Below, one piece after another: positions 17,176-26,193 of a DNA stretch of 47,232 bases (the stretch's first letter is position 1; every line of letters begins with the position of its first letter). The position numbers and the translations under genes are program-made. This DNA is from Chthonomonadaceae bacterium (GTDB lineage Bacteria > Armatimonadota > Chthonomonadetes > Chthonomonadales > Chthonomonadaceae), in contig DASRGZ010000082.1 in the NCBI GenBank assembly GCA_035650735.1, forward strand, positions 1 to 47,232. The letters run 5' to 3'. The notes under the pieces were generated by a model. The model was not told the origin of the DNA. It searched no databases and saw only the letters and a program-made list of their open reading frames with translations.

Positions 17176-17922
17176 ATGCGACTGGAAATAGATCCCCAGG
17201 ATGCCCGTGAGTCGCCGCAGCCGGCATTGGTCTGGATTACGGAAGAGGAGGCGCAGGCGATGTCGGGCGCTTCCGGCTGCGATGTCGCGACGCTCAATCA
17301 GGCGCTCATCCGCGCCTATAACCCGGCGGGGTGGGTGGTGGAGGGCGGCGCCGAGACCCTGCGGCGGGTCGGGTTGGAGGAGTGGGCCGTCAAGGCCGAG
17401 CAGGAGGTGGCACGGCTCTACGCGGCAAGGTCCTCGCGGCGTCCTGTTCCCGCCCTGCAAGTGGAGTTGCAAACTGACGTGACAGGGGAGCTGCTGACGC
17501 GGGACTACGCCCCGGTGCGCGAATATGCCGAGCACATCGAGAAGCTGCGCGCCGCTCAGAAGGCGCGGGAGCGGATGGCCGAGGCCGCCCACCCCAATCG
17601 GCTCTTGATGCAAGCTATGCAGCCGGTGAAGCATTTTGCAGAAGTCCTGGAGCAGGCCGGGGTCATCAAATGCGCCCTCTCCCGCCCGGACATCCTGTGG
17701 CCCAACTGCGCCTTAGAGATTCAGCGGCCTAACATCGGCTTTAGCTCCCCGATGGTGATCGTCTATTGCGTGAGGGCGGGGGCCCGACGTGGAGGAGGGT
17801 CGCTCACCTGGCAGATCAACGTCTGGTCGGATGCGGTGACGCGAGGCAGCCGCCGGTTTACCCATCGGGATGGCTATGATGCGCTCTTTCACTATGTGAC
17901 CGATTGCCTGGCGCGGCTGTAG
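17176..17922 (+). CDS. Hypothetical protein
   Basis: 248-aa ORF with AGGAGAGGG SD and GC3-biased codons; no family recognised. Confidence 0.7.
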   Translation: MRLEIDPQDARESPQPALVWITEEEAQAMSGASGCDVATLNQALIRAYNPAGWVVEGGAETLRRVGLEEWAVKAEQEVARLYAARSSRRPVPALQVELQTDVTGELLTRDYAPVREYAEHIEKLRAAQKARERMAEAAHPNRLLMQAMQPVKHFAEVLEQAGVIKCALSRPDILWPNCALEIQRPNIGFSSPMVIVYCVRAGARRGGGSLTWQINVWSDAVTRGSRRFTHRDGYDALFHYVTDCLARL

Positions 17923-17946
17923 ACGTGGCTTGCCTCCCAGATGGTT

Positions 17947-18390
17947 TCAAGGAGCGTGCAGGAAGCGAGTTGCCCTGGCTCTTCGGCTGGTTACAGGCCG
18001 CCGTCTGCGAATGTGCGGCACAGCCCGCAAGGCTATTTTTGTATGACCTTTCGGCGCAGGCAAACTCTCTTTCTGCTCGTTCAAATGGATGCCCTGCTCG
18101 GCTAACATCTTCACCAGATTGAGCAGGTAGGGCGAGAACGGATTGGTTCGAGCCTGCTTCCGAAGCGTATCAATGGCGTGCTTGGCCCGGTGGCGCACCA
18201 GGTCTGTGTCATCTGTGCGGCTGTCGTAAGTGCGGAAGATCGCCATCCAGACCTCCACATCGTAGACGCGGTTGCGGCAGGGACACAGGAGGCGAAGTAC
18301 GCGCTGTTGCGCGTTCTCGGTACCGCAGCCCAACGTTGCTAACAGATGCGGTATATCTTCGACGTCAATTTGGTGGTCTCGTTTCGCCAT
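17947..18390 (-). CDS. Hypothetical protein, possibly HEAT-like helical with an LCPC motif
   Basis: AAAGGA SD before ATG 18390; IPHLL..LRLLCPCR..VRHRAKHAIDTL pattern. Confidence 0.55.
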   Translation of the reverse strand: MAKRDHQIDVEDIPHLLATLGCGTENAQQRVLRLLCPCRNRVYDVEVWMAIFRTYDSRTDDTDLVRHRAKHAIDTLRKQARTNPFSPYLLNLVKMLAEQGIHLNEQKESLPAPKGHTKIALRAVPHIRRRRPVTSRRARATRFLHAP

Positions 18391-18661
18391 CGTTACTTCC
18401 TTTCCCCCAAGCGAGACGTAGTTTCCCTTCTTTATCGTTCGAGAATAGGCGGCGGTTAAACACACCGCTGCGCCTTCTCTCTGCCCCGACTATCCCTCGG
18501 CTACCTATCTGTCGTCCAACAAACGACTTGATACAGAGACCAAATGCAAAGTTGCACAGAGGACCGCGCTATTGACAGGGCAGGAACCGGGCGTGGGGTC
18601 GTCGAACCTTTCTGGCGTTCCGGAAATCCACTTCCTCGTTAGAAAGAACTGCTGTATTCTC

Positions 18662-20149
18662 ATGAGCGATGCGCCTACAGCTTACGCTAAGCTTGCTACC
18701 TTCCCGGATGTCGCCGCCTTCCGCGCCTATCTGAAAACGCTGGGCCGCGACCTGCCGTGCGACACGTCACTGGAAACCGGTAGCGCTGCGCCGCTGGCCC
18801 AGCCGCTGAGCGCCGCAGGCTTTACCATCGGCAACCGCTTCGCCATTCAGCCGATGGAAGGCTGGGACGGCAATCCCGACGGTACGCCCTCCGAGAAAAC
18901 GCGCCGCCGCTGGCACCGATTCGGCCTGAGCGGCGCAAAATTAATCTGGGGCGGCGAGGCCGTCGCCGTGCGCCCGGACGGGCGGGCCAATCCCAATCAA
19001 CTGATGCTCAACGCGCACACGCAGGCGGGGCTGGCCGAACTGCGCGACCTGCTGATCGCCGGGCATAGGGAGGCGATGGGCAGCGCGGAGGGGTTGGTGA
19101 TCGGGCTGCAACTGACCCACTCCGGGCGCTACTGCCGCCCCAACCGCAAGGATGCGCCCGAGCCGCAAATTGCCTTCCACCACCCCCTTCTCGACCGCCG
19201 CCTCAACCTGCCGCCTGACTTCCCGCTGCTCTCGGACGGTGACCTGCGCGCCCTCGTCGCCGACTACGCCCGCACCGCCCGGCTGGCCCGCGACGTCGGC
19301 TTTGATTTCGTAGACATCAAGCACTGTCACGGGTATCTGGCCCACGAGCTGCTGGGCGCGCACACCCGGCCCGGCGACTATGGCGGCTCGTTCACAAACC
19401 GTACCCGCTTCCTGCGCGAGATCGTCGAAGCCATTCGCGCGGAGGCGCCGGGGCTGGCGATGGGCGTGCGCCTGTCCGCCTTCGACCTGATCCCCTTTCG
19501 GCCCGATCCGGCCCGCTCCACTCCGGATCGGCCTGGCCCCGGCATCCCAGAACCATTCGCCATCTGCCTGCCCTACCGCTACGGCTTCGGCGTCAGCCAG
19601 GACAACCCCACGCAATACGACCTGACGGAAACGTTCCAGTTTTTCGACCTGCTGCGCGCGCTCGGCATTGCCCTGGTCAACGTGACTGCCGGCAGTCCCT
19701 ACTACAACCCGCACATTCAGCGCCCGGCGCTCTATCCGCCCTCCGATGGCTACCAGCCGCCCGAAGATCCGCTGGTGGGCGTGGCGCGGCAGATGCAGGT
19801 CTGCCGGGAACTGAAGGCGCGCTACCCGGAGATGGCGGTTGTCGGCTCAGCCTATACTTATTTGCAAGAGTTCCTGCCCTACGTGGCGCAGGCGTCGGTG
19901 CGGGAAGGCTGGACAGATTGCGTGGGGCTGGGGCGCATGGTGCTGGCCTATCCCGAGCTGCCCCATGATGTGCTGGTCGCCGGGCAGATACAGAAGAAGC
20001 GGCTCTGCCGCACCTTCAGCGATTGCACCTCCGGCCCGCGCAATGGCCTCGTCTCCGGCTGCTATCCCCTCGATCCCTATTACAAGCAAAGCCCCGAACA
20101 CGTGCGCCTGCTCGAAACCAAGCGCGCTGCCCGCGCCCGCTCGCGGTAA
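18662..20149 (+). CDS. NADH:flavin oxidoreductase (Old Yellow Enzyme-like family)
   Basis: [44 protein letters not shown] and GLGRM motifs. Start at MSDAP. Confidence 0.9.
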   Translation: MSDAPTAYAKLATFPDVAAFRAYLKTLGRDLPCDTSLETGSAAPLAQPLSAAGFTIGNRFAIQPMEGWDGNPDGTPSEKTRRRWHRFGLSGAKLIWGGEAVAVRPDGRANPNQLMLNAHTQAGLAELRDLLIAGHREAMGSAEGLVIGLQLTHSGRYCRPNRKDAPEPQIAFHHPLLDRRLNLPPDFPLLSDGDLRALVADYARTARLARDVGFDFVDIKHCHGYLAHELLGAHTRPGDYGGSFTNRTRFLREIVEAIRAEAPGLAMGVRLSAFDLIPFRPDPARSTPDRPGPGIPEPFAICLPYRYGFGVSQDNPTQYDLTETFQFFDLLRALGIALVNVTAGSPYYNPHIQRPALYPPSDGYQPPEDPLVGVARQMQVCRELKARYPEMAVVGSAYTYLQEFLPYVAQASVREGWTDCVGLGRMVLAYPELPHDVLVAGQIQKKRLCRTFSDCTSGPRNGLVSGCYPLDPYYKQSPEHVRLLETKRAARARSR

Positions 20150-20284
20150 TGGATTCCCCCCCATCCCCTGCCGAAAAATTGCCTGGAAACTTGTGAGAAA
20201 TCACTTCCCTGCCGCATCTGAATAAGTAGAGGGCGCATGCATTGCCGCCCACAAGCGCTATGAACCGGTCAGCAAGGTGGCCCT

Positions 20285-20842
20285 GTGGATAACCTCATCA
20301 CCGTGCGGTACTTTCCGCGAATGGATGTGCCCGACGAAACAAGCTGGCTTGCGGCTGCCCGATGTGGCGAGCGGTGGGCGCTGGAGCAGTTTTACGCCTG
20401 CTACCAGCCTCAGATCTACACGCTCTGCCAGCGGATGCTGGCCCATTCCGAGGATGCCGAGGATGCTATGCAGGCGGCGTTCGTCAAGGCGTTCCGCGCG
20501 CTGCCGCATTTCCGGGGCGAGAGCAGCCTGAAGACCTGGCTGTACCGTATCGCCATGAACGAAGCCCTGAGTGTACTGCGCAAGCGGCGGGGAGAGACGG
20601 CTCCATTGGGCGAGAGCGTAGCCGTCGCCGATGGCACGCTGCCGGTAGCGCAGCGGGTGGCGGTACAGACGGCCCTGGCGCGTATGAAGCCCGACCATCG
20701 GGCCATTCTGATCCTGCGGTTCTGGGAGGAACTCAGTTACGAAGAGATCGCCGCTGTGCTGGGCATCTCCCTGCCCGCCGTCACCATGCGGCTGCGGCGG
20801 GCGCGGGAGGAGTTCCAGAAGCGGTATGAGGGAGCCCCATGA
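20285..20842 (+). CDS. ECF RNA polymerase sigma factor
   Basis: Region 2 DAEDAMQAAF..FRGESSLKTWLYRIAMN and region 4 LSYEEIAAVLGISLPAVTMRLRRAR. Start is GTG 20285 or ATG 20321. Confidence 0.95.
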   Translation: MDNLITVRYFPRMDVPDETSWLAAARCGERWALEQFYACYQPQIYTLCQRMLAHSEDAEDAMQAAFVKAFRALPHFRGESSLKTWLYRIAMNEALSVLRKRRGETAPLGESVAVADGTLPVAQRVAVQTALARMKPDHRAILILRFWEELSYEEIAAVLGISLPAVTMRLRRAREEFQKRYEGAP

Positions 20843-21843
20843 CACACCGATGGCGTATGCGGGCCGCGCTGCTGGCGTTCCACGAAGGCACGCTGCCGGA
20901 GAGTGAGCGCAGGGCGCTGGCCCATCATATAGAAGGTTGTCCGGCGTGTGCCGGGGAGTTGCGGCGGCTTGCGGAGGCCGATCGCCTGTTAAGGGGAGCG
21001 CAACCCGAACCCCGCGCGCTAGGGCCGGAAGCGGCATGCGCCCTCTTTGAACGCGCTTACCTGGCCTCCGCCGTTGCAGAGCGGCCCACACAGCCGGGGT
21101 TTTGGCGTCCTCTGCTCGGCCTGGCGGTAGCGGCATCGCTGGTGTTCCTGCTGTGGAGCCTGGGGCAACGCACGTACCTTTCCCACAACAAGACCGGAAC
21201 TACCATTATAACTCGAAAATCTAACCCCGTCCCACCCATACGGATAGTCCGAATAACCCCTCCGTCTAAAGCGAGCGATAGGCACGGCCCGCGCACGACA
21301 GCGCCACCTCCCAAACGCTATGTAATACGTTGGAAGCCGCGCTTGTGGAGACGCTACCTTGCGCTGGGGAGGCACTGGCACAGACGCCATTCCCTCCCGA
21401 CAGAAAACAGGCCGGAGATACGGTTTGCCCAAAATCGGTGCGCTGCCGGGACGCGATTTGCCGAGGCGCTGGCGCTGGCACTGGTGCCGCGCTATGGGGA
21501 AATGCCTGTTCCGGCACGGGAGGAAGCGCCTGCGCCGGTCGAGAGCCGCCCCCCTGCGCATCTGTTCGTGATGGTGACCAACGCGCCGGAAAAGCCGGAA
21601 GCGCTCCACGTGGCGGTGACGCAGGCGGCGGAGAAAGAGGCGGGCACGGCGCGCGTGGCGGCCTACCAGATGGATAGAATGGGCGGCAGGGCCGTGACGG
21701 AATATACCGTCGCGACCGAAAAAAACGGAATGACTTCCACGCGTTATACGCTTGCGGCCATTGGCCCCGATCTGAAAATGACGTACCTGGCGGTGCAGAC
21801 GGCCTCGGCCAGCGAGGAAGGAGCCAAGGAGATTAAACAATGA
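20839..21843 (+). CDS. Membrane-anchored zinc-finger (zf-HC2) anti-sigma factor
   Basis: HxxxCxxC (HIEGCPAC), one TM helix (LLGLAVAASLVFLLW), ATGA overlap with the sigma gene. Confidence 0.85.
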   Translation: MTHRWRMRAALLAFHEGTLPESERRALAHHIEGCPACAGELRRLAEADRLLRGAQPEPRALGPEAACALFERAYLASAVAERPTQPGFWRPLLGLAVAASLVFLLWSLGQRTYLSHNKTGTTIITRKSNPVPPIRIVRITPPSKASDRHGPRTTAPPPKRYVIRWKPRLWRRYLALGRHWHRRHSLPTENRPEIRFAQNRCAAGTRFAEALALALVPRYGEMPVPAREEAPAPVESRPPAHLFVMVTNAPEKPEALHVAVTQAAEKEAGTARVAAYQMDRMGGRAVTEYTVATEKNGMTSTRYTLAAIGPDLKMTYLAVQTASASEEGAKEIKQ

Positions 21844-22871
21844 GATGGATAGCCAATAAGGTGGGCCTGGCAGCGCTGACGCTGGTGATCGGGGGCGGGA
21901 CGGCGCTCTCTCAGGAGGCAAGCACCACGGCGCCGCCCGCAGCGGTGGAGAAACCTGCTGGCACCCCATCAACGCCGGCTCCCGACCAGGCGACAACTAA
22001 TCCCCTCGTCGCGGGACAGCCTCCATCTGCCGCCACAAGCGTGATGCAGCTTGGCAGGTTCTTTAGTGGGATGCCGAGCGCGCCGATATTGCAGCGCCCG
22101 GTGGATGTTCAGATGGATCGTGCGACCGTGCGGCAACTGGCGGAGGCGCTCTCGCGGGCGTCGGGCGTGTCCGTTCGGGTGGATAAACTCGTCCCGGACC
22201 AAACGCGCATTACCGTAGATGCGCGGGGCGTGGCGCTGGGAACTGTGCTGGAAGCGGTAGCGCGGCAGGCTAACCTGATGATTGCGCCGGATTTCGAAGA
22301 GAAAGAAATTGTGCCTGAGAACGAAATGGCGCCGAATCCGAATGCGTCTAATGCGAAGGGCGCCGCGCTGAAAGGCATCGTGCTGAAGACCTGGCCCTTA
22401 CTCAAGGTTAGCGGCCAGCCGGAACAGACATTTGTTGGTCCCAATGCTCCCTGGAGCGATGGCTGGTTCCGGCCCGACTTCCTGGTGCGATGGAGCAACC
22501 CGGGACCATACACCGGTAGAGTCCTGGACGGCCAGACTGCTCTCCTTAGCCCAACCAGCCCGTTCGGATCGGCCCCCACCTCTTTTTTTGCGGAAGCCGG
22601 GTTCAGTCCCTTTGCGCTGGCCTCCCTGACCAATAACACGGTGGTCGTGGCGGAACCGGGGCAGGACGAACGCGGCGAGGCTGGCCTCTGGCTAACCGTC
22701 TACCGATGGGACGGCGCTCAGCTCAGGAAGGTCAGCGCCACATTCCACAGGTTGGCGGCGAGGGCGAAAGCGAAGCCCGGCGCGGCTATGGGCGGTCTGG
22801 GGGGCTTCGGAGGGGGCGGCCTAGGCGGGGGAGGCTCTGAAGGCATTTTCGGGGGCGGGGAGAAACGGTGA
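21840..22871 (+). CDS. Exported protein with a secretin/TonB N-terminal (STN-like) domain and Gly-rich tail
   Basis: Signal peptide; VDVQMDRATVRQLAEALSRASGVSVRVD..ITVDARGVALGTVLEAVARQANL fits the STN/N0 pattern; ATGA overlap. Confidence 0.6.
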   Translation: MRWIANKVGLAALTLVIGGGTALSQEASTTAPPAAVEKPAGTPSTPAPDQATTNPLVAGQPPSAATSVMQLGRFFSGMPSAPILQRPVDVQMDRATVRQLAEALSRASGVSVRVDKLVPDQTRITVDARGVALGTVLEAVARQANLMIAPDFEEKEIVPENEMAPNPNASNAKGAALKGIVLKTWPLLKVSGQPEQTFVGPNAPWSDGWFRPDFLVRWSNPGPYTGRVLDGQTALLSPTSPFGSAPTSFFAEAGFSPFALASLTNNTVVVAEPGQDERGEAGLWLTVYRWDGAQLRKVSATFHRLAARAKAKPGAAMGGLGGFGGGGLGGGGSEGIFGGGEKR

Positions 22872-22929
22872 TAAAGGCCGCCTCTCCCCGATGCGCCCGG
22901 TACCTTAGACGGGATTTCCCTGCGCGCTC

Positions 22930-24042
22930 TTAGAGCGGGAGAGCCTTGGAAACGGAGGACTCCTTGACCTCGTCGGCTGTAACCTCCCGCCCTTGCTTCT
23001 CAGAAAGATAGATGCCTTCCGAAATGAGCATCGTGTTCAGGGCGATCTCGGCGGTGGGCCGCAGTTTTACTTTGCCTTGCAGGGCGGCGATCCAGTGCTG
23101 CTGGGAATTGCCGTAGAGCGGTGCCTCGCCCCGGATGCTGTTCCAGCGGAAGCGGGCGGCGTTCAGGTCCACCGTAGCGTTCAGATCCAGATCGCCGACG
23201 CTGCGGTGGAAGCTGAACGGACTCAGGCAGACGCCGCCCTTCGCGCCCAGGATGCAGGAGCCTTCAAACCCGCCGAGATTGACCGCCCACGCCTCCATGA
23301 TGTCCATCGTTAGCTCGCCCTCGAAGCGGACGAAACCGAGGCCGAGTTCCTCTACGTTGTAGCCGGAACTCTGGCGTCGTTCGGCGTCCATGTCCAGCTT
23401 CTGGTAGGTCTTGCCGCTGACGCGGGAGACCGTAGGATTGTCCAGCAGGTAGAGCAGCTCGGAAATGTGATAGACGCCCATATCGTAGAGCGCGCCGCCG
23501 CCAGAGGTCTGCTTGTTGACAAAGGGTGGCTTGCCGTAGCCATCCACGTAGGGCCGACCGCGACGGCGGAAGCCGGTGGAGCGAGCGTGGTAGAGCTCGC
23601 CGAGCTCCCCGGCGTCGATCAGTTCTTTTGCAGCGCGCGTTTCGTCTCGATAGAGGCCCGCAAGCTGGATATGGAGCTTGAGGCCGCGCGCACGGGCGGT
23701 CTCCAGCATGGTCTGCGCGTCGCGATAGGTGCCGGCCATCGGCTTCTCGCAGTAGACGTGCCTGCCGGATTCCAGGGCCGCGACGGTGGCGGGCATGTGC
23801 AGGTTGTTGTGGACGCAGACATCAATGGCGTCGAGGTCGTCGCGCTTGAGCATCTCCTGCGCCGTATAGTAGATGTTGGGGATGCCGAAGGTCTGCGCGG
23901 TCGTGTCGGCGGCGACGGGGTCTATGTCGGCACAGGCGACCACCTGCGCATCCGGGATTTTGGCGTAGGTGGAGAGGTGATGCTGGGCGATCTGGCCGCA
24001 GCCGATGATGCCGATACGGATCGGTGGGGTTAGGTTTGCCAT
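22930..24042 (-). CDS. Gfo/Idh/MocA family oxidoreductase
   Basis: IGIIGCGQIA, HVYCEKPM and GGGALYDMGVYH motifs. Confidence 0.93.
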   Translation of the reverse strand: MANLTPPIRIGIIGCGQIAQHHLSTYAKIPDAQVVACADIDPVAADTTAQTFGIPNIYYTAQEMLKRDDLDAIDVCVHNNLHMPATVAALESGRHVYCEKPMAGTYRDAQTMLETARARGLKLHIQLAGLYRDETRAAKELIDAGELGELYHARSTGFRRRGRPYVDGYGKPPFVNKQTSGGGALYDMGVYHISELLYLLDNPTVSRVSGKTYQKLDMDAERRQSSGYNVEELGLGFVRFEGELTMDIMEAWAVNLGGFEGSCILGAKGGVCLSPFSFHRSVGDLDLNATVDLNAARFRWNSIRGEAPLYGNSQQHWIAALQGKVKLRPTAEIALNTMLISEGIYLSEKQGREVTADEVKESSVSKALPL

Positions 24043-24155
24043 AGGATGCTCCGTGGATTAAGATAGCGCCCCTCTCAAACCCCTCTCGCGCTGGGAAAGG
24101 GAATAAACCTTTTCCCTGCTGGCATGGAAGGGAGAGGAGAGGGACGGAAAAGCTC

Positions 24156-24938
24156 TCAATAGCCGTTCTGGCGTAGCGTTGCCAGGGCTGCGGCCAGGTG
24201 CGCGTTGGTCTTCTGACCGGTTTCCTCTACAGGATCAATTTCGGTGGCGGCGCGGCCCCGAAAACCTGCGGCCTCGAAGATCACTTTGACCTCCCGCAGC
24301 GGCATCGCCTCCAGAGGCCGCTCCTTGCGGTAGCCCTTGACGTGGAATTGGACGACGCGCGGGGCGACCGTGCGCGCCGACTCGATAGGGTCATCGCCAA
24401 TGTAGAGGCCGTTGGCGATGTCGAAATAGACGCCGACGTTTTCCGCGTTGACCCGCTCCGCAAGCTCGAAGACCTGAGCAGCGGTGTTGCGGTACTTGCT
24501 GCCGGGAATGTGCTCGATCCCCAGCTTGACTCCCAGGCGCGCGGCCCGTTCCCCGGCCTCCTGAAGAAACGCGGTATAGAGCGCATCGTAGTCGGTCGCA
24601 TTCTCTCCGGCCCAGTTGGGCAGCAGGAGGACATCGCCCCCGGCAGCGGCGAGCGTTTCGCAGGCGCGCGTCAGGATGTCGAGTTCTTGCCGGCGCGCTT
24701 CGGAGGTACGCAGCCGCTTGCCGAGGTCGGGGAAAGTGCCCAGGATGGCCGAGCGTACCGGGCAGCCCGTGCGCTCTCCCAACTTTCGAAGCTCCGCACC
24801 GAAGGCTTCGCCCAGACGCGGTAAGTCCTCCTCTCTCCAGGCCGGCTCGATAAAGTCGAAGCCGAGCGACCGGAGCGCGGTCATTTTCGCTTCCAGGTCC
24901 GCGCCGACGACCTGGCCCGCGCAGGAACCGATTTCCAT
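24156..24938 (-). CDS. Sugar phosphate isomerase/epimerase (xylose isomerase-like TIM barrel)
   Basis: LGFDFIE, LGIEH, YFDIAN and QFHVK motifs. ATG 24938 follows GAGGAG. Confidence 0.85.
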   Translation of the reverse strand: MEIGSCAGQVVGADLEAKMTALRSLGFDFIEPAWREEDLPRLGEAFGAELRKLGERTGCPVRSAILGTFPDLGKRLRTSEARRQELDILTRACETLAAAGGDVLLLPNWAGENATDYDALYTAFLQEAGERAARLGVKLGIEHIPGSKYRNTAAQVFELAERVNAENVGVYFDIANGLYIGDDPIESARTVAPRVVQFHVKGYRKERPLEAMPLREVKVIFEAAGFRGRAATEIDPVEETGQKTNAHLAAALATLRQNGY

Positions 24939-24951
24939 TTCTGCTCCTCTC

Positions 24952-25950
24952 TTAAGCCAGTGGGCCAAGCACTTCCTCGACTTTGACCAGCCGCCCGCCG
25001 TTCTCTGCCGAGAGGTTCGCCGCAAGCGTCACCGCGCAGGATTTCAATCCATCGTCGTAGGGACTGAGCAGGAGGTCGCGATTGCCGGTGGCGACGGCGC
25101 GCACGAACGCCTCGTCTGCGCTCATGGTTTCTGTCGGCAGCGGCGGGATGGGGTAGCTGCCCTCCGGCTCGACCTTGACCCCGTCGCTCTGCAAGCTCAC
25201 CCGCCCATCCTTGATGACGAACTCCGTGTCGCCTTTCCAGCCTTTGCCGGCGGCGCAGGAGGTATTGAGGGTGGCGGAAGCGCCGGAAGCAAAGCGCAGC
25301 AGGACGGCCTGGCTGTCGGGCACGGTCAGGCCCGGCTGTCCCCGGAACAGGCGGTCAAAGGAGTAGCCTGCGGCCACCGCCTCAATCTCGCCCATGACCC
25401 AGCGCAGGATGTCCACCTGATGCGTGGTCATCTCGACCAACTGGCCGCCGCCCTGGTCATAACGGTGCCACCAGTCCTTCTCCGGCGTGCCCGACCAGCG
25501 ATAGACATGGGCCGTGCCCACCATCTTATCGGCCAGAAAGGCCCGAAGCTGCTGCACGTTGGGCTGATAGCGTAGCTGATAGCCGACCTGGCTCATCACG
25601 CCCGCCTTGCGGATCGCTTCCCACGCCTTGCGCGCCCGGTCTATATAGAGGTTGACGGGCTTTTCGACGTACAGATGCAGGCCCTTCTCGGCGGCACGGA
25701 TCTCGAGGTCCTCGTGCGTGTGCGGGGGCACGCAGATATAGAGCGCGTCTAGATCCGCGTTGGCGATCATCTTGGCGCCATCCGTATAGACTGCCGCGCC
25801 CAGCGGCTCGGCTACCGACCGAACCTTCTGTTCGTCCCAATCGCACAGGGCAACCAGTCGGGCCTGGGGGATTTCGGCCAGACGGCGGATGTGCGCCTGC
25901 CCCATGCCGCCCGTTCCTACCACACCGATCCGAACTTCTTTCTCGGCCAC
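24952..25950 (-). CDS. Gfo/Idh/MocA family oxidoreductase
   Basis: IGVVGTGGMG, HLYVEKP and GGGQLVEMTTHQVD motifs. GTG 25950 follows GAGGAGGAG. Confidence 0.92.
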   Translation of the reverse strand: MAEKEVRIGVVGTGGMGQAHIRRLAEIPQARLVALCDWDEQKVRSVAEPLGAAVYTDGAKMIANADLDALYICVPPHTHEDLEIRAAEKGLHLYVEKPVNLYIDRARKAWEAIRKAGVMSQVGYQLRYQPNVQQLRAFLADKMVGTAHVYRWSGTPEKDWWHRYDQGGGQLVEMTTHQVDILRWVMGEIEAVAAGYSFDRLFRGQPGLTVPDSQAVLLRFASGASATLNTSCAAGKGWKGDTEFVIKDGRVSLQSDGVKVEPEGSYPIPPLPTETMSADEAFVRAVATGNRDLLLSPYDDGLKSCAVTLAANLSAENGGRLVKVEEVLGPLA

Positions 25951-26193
25951 GATTCTTCTCCTCCTCATATCCTCTCCCATCGGCGGGCTGCCGCTTCGAC
26001 GCTGGCGCCAGGGGTATCCTGCCGATTGAGAACGGCTTGACAGGGATGTTATTCGCTCTTCTGGACCGCATCCCCTGCCCGAAAGCCGACAGCCCTTGGC
26101 CCTGAGAAGGATTCCTGGCCTCCGCTGTGCAAATCCCTCCGGTAAATACCGGCTTCGGCGGGGCTACCACCGGAGGCGTTGGCGGAAGACTCA

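Noticed and set aside
20186..20225. Autoregulatory ECF promoter upstream of the sigma gene
   Set aside because: GGAAAC and CATCTGAA-like elements are present, but their spacing does not give one convincing -35/-10 pair.
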